A stretch of DNA of 64,000 nucleotides. Source: Patescibacteria group bacterium. Its GTDB lineage: Bacteria; Patescibacteriota; Patescibacteriia; WFTA01; S139-112. Made by a program: the position numbers and the translations under genes. The notes under the pieces are model-generated. The model had not been told where the DNA came from and made no database searches. It worked only from the letters and a program-made list of their open reading frames with translations. The stretch is from assembly GCA_015485695.1 (NCBI GenBank), contig WFTB01000027.1, positions 20,183-84,182 on the forward strand. The letters run 5' to 3'. Positions 1 to 8,345 of this stretch are shown here, in pieces; position 1 is the first letter of the stretch; each line of letters opens with the position of its first letter.

Positions 1-464
1 ATTACGTTATTTTCTGGGATGCTGATGTTATCGGACGATTGGATATGCTCGAGACAATGCTTAATGAACTTAAAATCCGCCCTGAAGCGTCGTATGCGTA
101 TTCGAGTTACTGGTGGGGGCGTAAGAGATTTGAACAATGGGAATTTGACGAGGAAAAGCTCAAGCACATGAACTATATTCACACTACCTCGCTTATACGC
201 CGAGAGCATTTTCCCGGATTCGACCCGGCAATTAAGAGATTTCAAGATTGGGATTTGTGGCTTACCATGCTCAATCAAGGGCGGGTCGGCGCATTCATTC
301 CATTGTATTTGTTTCGCGTTCAAACCGGTGGCACCATGAGCTCGTGGTTACCAAAGCACGCTTATCGAAAACCGTTTAAATATGTACTGCCAAAGCGCAT
401 GCGAAATGCGGTTAAAAACTATGAACACGCAGTCGAGGTGATTAAGAAAAAGCATAATTTATAG
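1..464 (+). CDS. Glycosyltransferase family 2, C-terminal fragment (5' end lies outside the window)
   Basis: The open frame runs from position 3 with no start codon (..YVIFWDADVIGRLD..). A FWDAD (DXD-like) motif and a GT2-like C-terminal region are present. The ORF track shows only the internal Met at 39. Confidence 0.5.
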   Translation, partial: YVIFWDADVIGRLDMLETMLNELKIRPEASYAYSSYWWGRKRFEQWEFDEEKLKHMNYIHTTSLIRREHFPGFDPAIKRFQDWDLWLTMLNQGRVGAFIPLYLFRVQTGGTMSSWLPKHAYRKPFKYVLPKRMRNAVKNYEHAVEVIKKKHNL

Positions 465-527
465 AGAACAACTGTTAACTGTTTTTAAGATTCTTAACAC
501 GCGCTTGGGCTCTTAATATAAGCGTGT

Positions 528-558
528 CAATCTCTAATTCGCGCGAATAGGCGAATAG
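528..558. repeat. Conserved palindromic motif copy 1 (tcaatctctaattcgcgcgaataggcgaatag), 24 nt upstream of the ArsR-like gene
   Basis: Identical 31-mer to copy 2. Contains the 12-bp perfect palindrome ATTCGCGCGAAT. A TAATAT -10-like hexamer lies about 10 nt upstream. Confidence 0.8.
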
Positions 559-581
559 TATTATGCCTTATAAGGTTAAAT

Positions 582-860
582 ATGATCCCGTCTCATTGTG
601 AATCAATCTATAAAGCTCTAGCCAACAAGAGGCGCCTTTTTATTCTTATGTTCCTTTCGGATTCTGGTGTCGCCACCGTCCATGAAGTTGCCGACCGTAT
701 TGGGCTTTCTTTGAAGGTGACATCGAAGCATTTGCTTATATTAAAATCCAGAGGTATCGTAAGCAGTGTTCAGATTGGTCTTGAACAAAACTATTCTATC
801 AAGAGGCCGGTTCATAAAATCGTGAAACAGTTTTTATCAATCTCTAATTCGCGCGAATAG
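582..860 (+). CDS. ArsR/SmtB-family winged-HTH transcriptional regulator
   Basis: The segment KRRLFILMFLSDSGVATVHEVADRIGLSLKVTSKHLLILKSRGIV matches the ArsR HTH pattern. The gene is bracketed by motif copies 1 and 2. Confidence 0.6.
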   Translation: MIPSHCESIYKALANKRRLFILMFLSDSGVATVHEVADRIGLSLKVTSKHLLILKSRGIVSSVQIGLEQNYSIKRPVHKIVKQFLSISNSRE

Positions 861-868
861 GCGAATAG
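838..868. repeat. Conserved palindromic motif copy 2, overlapping the 3' end of the ArsR-like gene and about 20 nt upstream of the DUF4258-like gene
   Basis: Exact repeat of the copy-1 31-mer. Confidence 0.8.
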
Positions 869-886
869 TTGCGATTGCGTTTTTGT

Positions 887-1258
887 ATGCAGATTAGGAA
901 GCCGAAAAACAATGATAAGTATTGTTGGACAGAGCATGTATATGGTAAGATGATTCAATACGGAATATCAGAGCAGACGGTTAGGCGGATTGTACGAAAT
1001 CCTGAGCGAATCGAAGAGGGTATCGCGCCAAACACCATTGCGGTGATGCAAACACGTGGCAAAAAGCAAAAGTACGAGCTTTGGTGTATGTACCAGATTG
1101 TGCGGAAGACAAAAAAACATGAAAACACGGAAAACACGGGAAATAAATCAAATCAGATTAAAATAATAACCACCTGGCGGTATCCGGGAGTATCACCCAA
1201 GCGCGCGCACATTCCCATACCCGAAGAGATTGTTGAAGAGCTTGGTATTGTTTTATGA
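887..1258 (+). CDS. DUF4258-like protein (RelE/ParE-fold toxin-like), with a C-terminal extension
   Basis: The pattern WTEHVYGKMIQYGISEQTVRRIVRNPERIEEG...LWCMYQIV...IKIITTWRYPGV matches the DUF4258 consensus (WTEHA..R..RGIS..V..NPE.I...L.VV...I.VITVY). The ORF track start at 869 is TTG; the first ATG is at 887. Confidence 0.45.
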   Translation: MQIRKPKNNDKYCWTEHVYGKMIQYGISEQTVRRIVRNPERIEEGIAPNTIAVMQTRGKKQKYELWCMYQIVRKTKKHENTENTGNKSNQIKIITTWRYPGVSPKRAHIPIPEEIVEELGIVL

Positions 1259-1374
1259 ACAATATTTCAGAAAAAGTAATTAACGCTGAAAAAGAGTATT
1301 CAGATGGTAAGCAGATTGGTGGCGCTGATCTTAAAAATATTGAGGAAGAGGTCAAAAAGATAAAGCAACTGTAA
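1255..1374 (+). CDS. Small 39-aa ORF translationally coupled to the DUF4258-like gene (ATGA overlap)
   Basis: Translates as MNNISEKVINAEKEYSDGKQIGGADLKNIEEEVKKIKQL. Its start overlaps the upstream stop (ATGA at 1255-1258). It is below the ORF-track size cutoff. Confidence 0.25.
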   Translation: MNNISEKVINAEKEYSDGKQIGGADLKNIEEEVKKIKQL

Positions 1375-1492
1375 CCACTCAGATGGTCCGCAAAAGCGAA
1401 AATCTCAAGGCTCACGGTATGCGCCGTTCCCTTGGACGCCAGGTAACTGTTTCGTAAAATAACGATAAGGTCATGATAGTAATGGTGATTGT

Positions 1493-2521
1493 ATGGAAAC
1501 ACATCAAGATATGAACAACGACAAATCACCGATTCATGTTTGGGCAAAAGAAATCGCAACGCAACAAAATTTTTCTGACCCCAAATTAATCTATCAGGGA
1601 GGGCATTACGCAAAGGAAGACGTGCGTAATGTGATTTATGAGGGTCTGTATCAAGGCAAGTTAGCGGTACTTAAGGTGTACGATGATCCGCGCCCTTCCG
1701 ATGAGCCGATATCGCAGAAACGATACCTCGAAGACAACGCAAGCGTCATATTGACTGCGCCCGAAGTGTATGCGTATGAGATTGTTACGCCGAACAAAGG
1801 ATGGTTTATCATGGAAAAATTGCCCGAGAGCGGTTCGTTCTTTACGACGCCGTTGTCTGAAAACGACAGAAAAGAGTTCTTGAATATATTTGTCGAATAT
1901 CGTAAAAATTTCCCTCGAAAAGCCACTCGCGAAATATTGCTTGTTGAAAACTTGCCAGCTCATGAGTTTTGCGCGTTTCGCATCGGTCGTTGGTTGGAGT
2001 TTGTCACAAAGCAAGAATTGAAATCGATATTTAAGGACGAGCAACCCTTATTGGATAGAAACGTATTTATACCTCTCTACGCCAAGGCGATGGAAGTGTT
2101 GCGTTTGGAGTTTTCCAAACGTGAGATGATATGGTGTCACGGGCATTTTAAACCGCAAGAGATATATAAAGTTTCTGACGATAAATACTATGTCACCGAT
2201 TTTGCCCATACGAGATTGTATCCCGAAGGATATGAATTCGGATTCATTATTTGGGCGGATTATCTCATGTCGGCGGACTGGTCTGAGAGTTATGAATCGT
2301 GGAAACGAGGTGTACGAGTGTGGTTTGACGCGCTTCGTCCGGTGGCGGACGAACTTGGGATTGCGCGGTATGATGATTTGATTCGCGCTAGTATGATTGA
2401 GCGAGTTCTTGGTACTATTCTTGCGGATGTACACGCAAGTGATATACCGAATAAAAATAAAATTCACAGGATTGAATATTTACAAAAACTGCTAAGGGAA
2501 TTGATTAATCATGAGCAATAA
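1493..2521 (+). CDS. Protein kinase-like / aminoglycoside-phosphotransferase-fold protein
   Basis: An HGHFKPQE loop sits where APH/ChoK enzymes have HGDxxxxN, and a downstream VTDF (DFG-like) motif is present. The catalytic Asp appears to be replaced by His. Confidence 0.4.
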   Translation: METHQDMNNDKSPIHVWAKEIATQQNFSDPKLIYQGGHYAKEDVRNVIYEGLYQGKLAVLKVYDDPRPSDEPISQKRYLEDNASVILTAPEVYAYEIVTPNKGWFIMEKLPESGSFFTTPLSENDRKEFLNIFVEYRKNFPRKATREILLVENLPAHEFCAFRIGRWLEFVTKQELKSIFKDEQPLLDRNVFIPLYAKAMEVLRLEFSKREMIWCHGHFKPQEIYKVSDDKYYVTDFAHTRLYPEGYEFGFIIWADYLMSADWSESYESWKRGVRVWFDALRPVADELGIARYDDLIRASMIERVLGTILADVHASDIPNKNKIHRIEYLQKLLRELINHEQ

Positions 2522-3413
2522 ACCAAAACTATCTATCATCATAGTCTCTTGGAATGTGCGAGAACTTCTTGAGAAATGCCTTGTCTCTATTGAAAAATAT
2601 CGAAGGGGTTTGGATTTGGAAATTATTGTGATTGACAATAATTCTACAGACGGAAGTCAAGAGATGATTGCAAATTTCAAATCTCAGATTGCAAATTTAA
2701 AAACAATTTTTATAAATGAAAACTTGGGATTTGCGAAGGGAAATAACAAGGGATTGGAATGGGCGAAGGGGGAGTATGCGTTGTTTCTAAACCCAGATAC
2801 TGAAGTGGTGGGGGATGCGTTGGCGGAGATGGTGCGCTATATGGACACACGCCCGGAAGTTGGTGCGATTGGACCGAAACTTCTTAATTCGGACGAATCT
2901 TTGCAGCGTTCGGTACGTGCGTTTCCGACATTGGTTTCACAATTATTAATATTAACGAAGTTGCACAATTTTATTCCGCGAATAGCTCCGCTAAAAGTAT
3001 ATTTCCAACTTGACTTTGACTATGAGACAGAACGCGATGTGGACCAGGTGATGGGGGCGGCATTGCTTGTCCGCAAATCCATCCTCGACGAGGTGGGGAG
3101 CTTTGATGCGGGTTATAAGAGAATTTTTGAAGAGGTAGATTTATGTTTTAGGATAAAACATGCGGGACACACCATTCGCTATATTCCAATCGCGCGTATT
3201 ATTCACCATAAAGGCGCAAGCTTCACCCAGCAACGCATCTGCCAGAAACAGCTCGACTTCAACCAAGGCATGCTCCGCTTCTTCAAAAAACACAAATCCG
3301 TTTGGCAGTATGTCGTGCTCTATCTCTTCCAGCCGATAAGTTGGCTCGCGACGTTATTCGTCATGCTCGTCGGTATTCCATTTCGTAAGAAATTTAAAAA
3401 AACTGATTTGTGA
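2511..3413 (+). CDS. Glycosyltransferase family 2
   Basis: N-terminal LSIIIVSWNV....EIIVIDNNSTDGS and a DXD-region are typical of GT2 rhamnosyltransferase-like enzymes. Confidence 0.75.
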   Translation: MSNKPKLSIIIVSWNVRELLEKCLVSIEKYRRGLDLEIIVIDNNSTDGSQEMIANFKSQIANLKTIFINENLGFAKGNNKGLEWAKGEYALFLNPDTEVVGDALAEMVRYMDTRPEVGAIGPKLLNSDESLQRSVRAFPTLVSQLLILTKLHNFIPRIAPLKVYFQLDFDYETERDVDQVMGAALLVRKSILDEVGSFDAGYKRIFEEVDLCFRIKHAGHTIRYIPIARIIHHKGASFTQQRICQKQLDFNQGMLRFFKKHKSVWQYVVLYLFQPISWLATLFVMLVGIPFRKKFKKTDL

Positions 3414-3416
3414 AAT

Positions 3417-3927
3417 ATGATGTCTATAGAACAAAGTGAGACATTGCAAAGTGTTCCAAAAGATCAATTATGTCACTTACATCCCTGGGACCCCAACACA
3501 CACGTGGTTGCCAAAGAGATGCTCCAAAAAATTCGCCGGTTAGCCCCAAATTTGGATGTTACATTTACAGGCTCTGCCGCATTGAGGATTTTAGGAAAAA
3601 ACGATGTTGATTTGACTGCAACATGTAATACTTAAGACCTTAAAAAATTTAGACAAATGTTTCACAGGATATTTGAAAGTAGATATCATCTGGAAGATAT
3701 CATGTCAAAGTGACAAACGCACCATAGGGGCTTAAAAGTTGACCTCGTGATTCTCAACAAGGATAAATCAGAGATAGCTAATCAACCACTACAGATTTTC
3801 TTGACTTTAAAAAACAACCCTACTTTGCTAATGGAATATGAAAAAATGAAGGCTTCTTGTGAAGGTCGCCCATATGTTGAATTTTTAAGGAAAAAGATAG
3901 AATTTTATAATCGACACACGAAATAAT
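3417..3927 (+). pseudogene. GrpB-family (UPF0157) gene disrupted by a stop and at least one frameshift
   Basis: An N-terminal GrpB-like piece (VTFTGSAALRILGKNDVDL) ends at TAA 3633-3635. A C-terminal GrpB-like piece (HHRGLKVDLVIL...FLTLKNNPTLLMEYEKMKAS...YVEFLRKKIEFY) continues in another frame to TAA near 3925-3927. Confidence 0.5.
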
Positions 3928-4069
3928 CTCTATATATTTAAAATTTCTTGCATAAATTCATCCATTATGCTATAGTATTTGCGAATGAGCCGAGAGGCTT
4001 TTTAAATTTGATTTATTGGTTTTGCGGGACTTACAGCGATATGCTCCCTAAAAACTACTGTTAATAACT

Positions 4070-4249
4070 ATGGCTAGTCTTATACAATATATTAAAGACT
4101 CTCGAGCAGAGCTTAAAAAGGTCCAATGGCCGACGCGACAAGAAACAACGAGATACACAATACTTGTAATAGTTATTTCTATCGCGGTTGCGGCTTTTCT
4201 TGGGTTTTTTGATTATATCTTCAATCTTATCCTCGAATACCTGGTTTAA
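4070..4249 (+). CDS. secE: Preprotein translocase subunit SecE
   Basis: 59 aa: MASLIQYIKDSRAELKKVQWPTRQETTRYTILVIVISIAVAAFLGFFDYIFNLILEYLV. It has the conserved KKV.WP motif and one TM helix, and sits directly upstream of nusG. Not in the ORF track (<60 aa). A TTGCAT-17-TATAGT promoter-like site is at 3947-3975. Confidence 0.7.
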   Translation: MASLIQYIKDSRAELKKVQWPTRQETTRYTILVIVISIAVAAFLGFFDYIFNLILEYLV

Positions 4250-4300
4250 GTGTTTTAAGGATGCTTAATCCTTAACACCTAAAACCTAACCCTAACATTT

Positions 4301-4846
4301 ATGGCTCGACAGATACAACAACAAGGTAGGCGGTGGTACGCGATTCATACCTATTCCGGATATGAAGAAAACGTACAACGCAACCTAAAACAAAGAATAG
4401 AATCAATGGACATGCAAGACAGAATCTTCGATGTGCTTGTTCCGACTGAAACTCGTTTCAAAATCAAGGGCGGAAAACGCACCAAGGTTCGAGAGAAGAT
4501 TTTCCCCGGATATGTCCTTGTGGATATGATAGTGACGGATGAATCATGGTATGTGGTTCGCAACACTCCCAATGTAACCGGATTCATCGGTTCCGGCACC
4601 ACTCCGACCCCCCTGTCTGAAGAAGAAGTTTCGAATTTGCTTAAACGAATGGGAGTGGAAGAGCCAAAATACGTCATTGACGTTTCGATTGGAACGGCGG
4701 TCAGAATCACCGATGGGCCGTTCAAAGATCATGAGGGCAAGGTTTCGCAGATTGATGACGCGCGCGGTAAGGTAAAGGTTCTTGTATCGATGTTCGGACG
4801 CGAAACACCGGTCGAGCTCGACTTTTTGCAGATTAAGAAATTATAA
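4301..4846 (+). CDS. nusG: Transcription termination/antitermination factor NusG
   Basis: NGN domain plus a C-terminal KOW motif (GPFKDHEGKVSQID..KVKVLVSMFGRETPVEL). Canonical secE-nusG-rplK-rplA synteny. Confidence 0.9.
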   Translation: MARQIQQQGRRWYAIHTYSGYEENVQRNLKQRIESMDMQDRIFDVLVPTETRFKIKGGKRTKVREKIFPGYVLVDMIVTDESWYVVRNTPNVTGFIGSGTTPTPLSEEEVSNLLKRMGVEEPKYVIDVSIGTAVRITDGPFKDHEGKVSQIDDARGKVKVLVSMFGRETPVELDFLQIKKL

Positions 4847-4963
4847 TTATCAGACCAATCTTGGTCTCGAGTTCTCGGGACACGCTTCTCTGGATTGATA
4901 TAATGTTAGGGATCAGGTAATAGGTAATAGCACCTAATACTCTAAAACCTAAAACCTAGTAAT

Positions 4964-5386
4964 ATGGCAAAAGAAGTATTATCAAAAATCAAACTCCAAA
5001 TTCCGGGCGGAGCGGCGACTCCGGCTCCTCCTGTCGGTCCCGCCCTCGGTCAACATGGCGTGAATTCGCAAGAATTCATCACAAAGTTCAATGATGCGAC
5101 ACAGGACATGCGTGGCGATACGGTTCCGGTTGTTATTACCGTTTATGATGACCGTAGTTTTGATTTTATTATCAAAACTCCGCCGGCATCCGGTTTACTC
5201 ATGAAAGCCGCCGGAATCAAGAAAGGCTCCGGAAAGCCTCTGACCGAAAAGGTGGGCAAGGTAACCAAGGATCAAATTCGTGAGATAGCGGAACGCAAAC
5301 TTCCGGACCTTAATGCGCACGATATAGACGCGGCGATGAAAATCATCGAAGGAACAGCCCGTCAAATGGGCATAAAAGTTGAATAG
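4964..5386 (+). CDS. rplK: 50S ribosomal protein L11
   Basis: [30 protein letters not shown] is canonical L11. Confidence 0.95.
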   Translation: MAKEVLSKIKLQIPGGAATPAPPVGPALGQHGVNSQEFITKFNDATQDMRGDTVPVVITVYDDRSFDFIIKTPPASGLLMKAAGIKKGSGKPLTEKVGKVTKDQIREIAERKLPDLNAHDIDAAMKIIEGTARQMGIKVE

Positions 5387-5466
5387 TCGCCATTTTATTT
5401 ATTTGTTTTATTAATCAAGTTTGTGGGAGCTCGTCTGTGGCGAATACCACGAAATAAAATAGTTTT

Positions 5467-6117
5467 ATGTCAGACATTGATAAAGAAAAATCATATCCCG
5501 TAGAAGAAGCGTTGAAGTTGGTGAAAGAAAACGCCAAAGAAAAATTCGACGCGTCCGTTGAAGTTCATTTTAGATTGGGTATAGACCCCAAAAAAGGAGA
5601 CCAACAAGTTCGCGGCTCGGTGTCTTTGCCTCACGGCTCCGGCAAAACCGTCCGTGTAGCGGTTTTTGCAGAAGGAGTTGATGCCAAGGAAGCTCGTGAC
5701 GCCGGCGCTGATTTCGCCGGTGGCGAGGAACTTATAGAAGAGATTAAGAGCTCGGGAAAAACCGAATTTGACGTAGCGGTTGCCCAGCCACAAATAATGG
5801 CAAAATTGGCAAAAATAGCGAAGGTTTTAGGTCCAAGGGGGCTTATGCCGTCTCCCAAGGATGATACCGTTACCGCAAACGTGGTGAAAGCCGTTTCCGA
5901 TCTTAAAGCCGGTAAGGTTAGTTTTAAGAATGATGACACGGGAAACGTGCACACGATAATAGGGAAAGTGTCGTTTGATGTCGATAAGTTGGTCGATAAT
6001 TTCGAAGAACTTTTGGATACCGTCACAAAACTGAAGCCGTCCGGCGCAAAAGGAGTTTATATCCGCTCCGTAAGCGTTTCATCAAGCATGGGAAAAGGTG
6101 TAAAAGTTCAGATATAA
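5467..6117 (+). CDS. rplA: 50S ribosomal protein L1
   Basis: L1 family by similarity and by synteny after rplK. Confidence 0.95.
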   Translation: MSDIDKEKSYPVEEALKLVKENAKEKFDASVEVHFRLGIDPKKGDQQVRGSVSLPHGSGKTVRVAVFAEGVDAKEARDAGADFAGGEELIEEIKSSGKTEFDVAVAQPQIMAKLAKIAKVLGPRGLMPSPKDDTVTANVVKAVSDLKAGKVSFKNDDTGNVHTIIGKVSFDVDKLVDNFEELLDTVTKLKPSGAKGVYIRSVSVSSSMGKGVKVQI

Positions 6118-6143
6118 CCGGCTTCAAGTGGTGTATTTATCAA

Positions 6144-6190
6144 AACTCGCGCAACTTATCAAGGTGGCGCGAGTTTTCGGTTTTTATGTT
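6144..6190 (+). terminator. Rho-independent terminator after rplA
   Basis: Stem aactcgcgc (6144-6152) pairs with gcgcgagtt (6167-6175), followed by a T-run (ttcggtttttatgtttttt). Confidence 0.6.
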
Positions 6191-6227
6191 TTTTGATACA
6201 CTGTGATTATTCCATTAAGACACGATT

Positions 6228-6836
6228 ATGCCGGTGCCAAAAAAATTAATAAAATACCTGGACAGAGAAAAGGTTCCGTATGAAATTGTGGAGCACAAAA
6301 TCGCGCACACTTCATCGGATTTGGCTTTAACGTTGCGAATCAACCCTAAACAAGTCGTAAAAACCGTTGTGATCAAGATTAACGGCAAAGTTCCGATTTT
6401 GTCCCTGATTCCCGCGAATAAGCGCTTGAACGAGGATAAGCTTGGAAACGCGGTTTATAACGCGATACTGGATATGCGCGGAAAAATGGCGCGTTTGAAC
6501 AATGATCAACACGCGGTACCGACGGAGTGGAATTTCCCGATTCAAGATTTGAAAGGTAAGAAGTTCAGATCCGAGATTGCCGGAAAAAAATGGATAAATG
6601 AAAAGCTTTTGGGAAACCCCGGAGCCACGCCTCCTTTTGGTCGTCTGATGCGATTGCCCACATTTATGGACAAATCATTTTTTAAGGAAAATTTTTTAAT
6701 CTTGAATTCCGGTGACTATCGCGTATCGATAAAAATGAAAACCGAAGATTTCGTTAGGTTGGAGATGCCTTTGTCGGGGCGCATAAGTTCGATTGGGAAG
6801 ACGCAATTAAAACTCAATGAAACGGCTAAACGGTAA
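6228..6836 (+). CDS. YbaK/ProX-like aminoacyl-tRNA deacylase domain protein
   Basis: YEIVEH...TSSDLA...VVKTVVIKINGKVPILSLIPANKRL matches the YbaK/EbsC pattern. It has a C-terminal extension. Confidence 0.5.
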   Translation: MPVPKKLIKYLDREKVPYEIVEHKIAHTSSDLALTLRINPKQVVKTVVIKINGKVPILSLIPANKRLNEDKLGNAVYNAILDMRGKMARLNNDQHAVPTEWNFPIQDLKGKKFRSEIAGKKWINEKLLGNPGATPPFGRLMRLPTFMDKSFFKENFLILNSGDYRVSIKMKTEDFVRLEMPLSGRISSIGKTQLKLNETAKR

Positions 6837-6921
6837 ATCGCAATCCGGGTCGGCGTGTTTGCGTCTTGTCGGAATCTTGTTTTCATAGTCGACGTAAAAC
6901 AATCGTGGTTTACGGTTTTTA

Positions 6922-7701
6922 TTGTCACAAGAACGCATGGCTGATATACTAAGTCCGATAAAGAAGAAAAACATGAGTTCTGAGCAATTATTGGCACAAC
7001 CGATTAAGATAGAGCAGTTCGACGGTCCGTTTCACGTTCTCGTTGAGCTTTTGAATTCGAAAGAACTCGATATAACCGAAGTCAATTTGAGTGAAATAAC
7101 CGAACAGTACATAGAGGCTGTCAACAACCAGCGAGACACGGACCCTTATACATTGGCGGATTTTCTGGTTGTCGCGAGCAGGCTCATATATTTGAAGTCG
7201 AAGACCATACTGCCCATGTTGTTGCCGGAAGATGAGGACGAGGAATCTGTGGCGAATTTGGAAGACCAGCTCAAAATGTATAAACGATTTTACGAAGCCT
7301 CCAAAACAATAGGGGAGATGATCGATAATCGTAATATTATGCATGTTCGCGAAAAAATCGCGGTTGACGTTGGGGTTTTGTTTAACCCTCCGCATGCCGT
7401 AACCGGAGAAAAAATGAGAGACATATTTGCGAGTGTCGTGAACGGACTCGAACCTATTGTCAAGATTCCGGAAAAAGTTATAAAGAGAGTTGTGTCTCTC
7501 AGTGAAAAGATGAATCAGATACGAGAGCGAATCCTAAACAAAATGAATGCGAATTTCTCCGAACTGTTGAACGGAGCAGAAGGTAAGCCTGAATTGGTGG
7601 TAACTTTTTTGGCTGTTTTGGAGCTTGTCAAGCAAAAAGTCCTTATAGTAGACCAAGATGAACTGCATGGTGATATAACAATAACGAAAAAAACGGATTG
7701 A
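6922..7701 (+). CDS. scpA: Segregation and condensation protein A
   Basis: FDGPFHVLVELLNSKELDITEVNLSEITEQYIEAV matches the ScpA N-terminus. Its stop overlaps the scpB start (ATGA). Confidence 0.8.
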   Translation: MSQERMADILSPIKKKNMSSEQLLAQPIKIEQFDGPFHVLVELLNSKELDITEVNLSEITEQYIEAVNNQRDTDPYTLADFLVVASRLIYLKSKTILPMLLPEDEDEESVANLEDQLKMYKRFYEASKTIGEMIDNRNIMHVREKIAVDVGVLFNPPHAVTGEKMRDIFASVVNGLEPIVKIPEKVIKRVVSLSEKMNQIRERILNKMNANFSELLNGAEGKPELVVTFLAVLELVKQKVLIVDQDELHGDITITKKTD

Positions 7702-8324
7702 TTATGTCTGATATAGTATCAAAAATTGAATCTATTCTTTTTATATCGAACAAGCCTTTGTCTTACAAAAAACTGGCTAAAATAACCGGATCCGAATCCG
7801 TGGACGAGATTAAAGAAGCTTTGAAAGAAATTCAATCCAAATACCAAGCGGGAGGAATCAGATTGATGTTGCACGATAATATGGCACAGCTTGCCACCGC
7901 TCCGGAATCTCACGAAAGTGTCGAAGAATTCTTGAAATCCGAAACATCCGGAGATATTACGCGACCGCAATTGGAGACCCTTACAATCATAGCGTACAGA
8001 GGTCCGATTCTGAAAGAAGAGTTAGAGCACATTCGTGGCGTGAATTGCTCTCTGATATTGCGAAATCTTATGATTAGAGGGCTTGTTGAATCCGAAATCT
8101 CCAAGAAAGACAAATTGACTCGATTTAAGATAACCCTTGATTTTTTGCGTTTTTTGGGAGTTGAGAGAGCAGAACAATTGCCAGATTTTGATAAACTGTC
8201 AAAGCATGAAAATATAGAAGACTTATTGGAAGCTAAGAAAAAAGAAGACGGCAAGCTAAGCGAAAACGAAAATTCGGAACAAAAAACACGTCTCGATGAT
8301 GTTAACAATGCGCAAATCGTTTAA
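7698..8324 (+). CDS. scpB: Segregation and condensation protein B
   Basis: ESILFISNKPLSYKKLAKITG....GIRLM...AQLAT matches the ScpB pattern. Translationally coupled to scpA. Confidence 0.8.
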   Translation: MIMSDIVSKIESILFISNKPLSYKKLAKITGSESVDEIKEALKEIQSKYQAGGIRLMLHDNMAQLATAPESHESVEEFLKSETSGDITRPQLETLTIIAYRGPILKEELEHIRGVNCSLILRNLMIRGLVESEISKKDKLTRFKITLDFLRFLGVERAEQLPDFDKLSKHENIEDLLEAKKKEDGKLSENENSEQKTRLDDVNNAQIV

Positions 8325-8345
8325 TCGTTAAAATAAATCAAAGTT

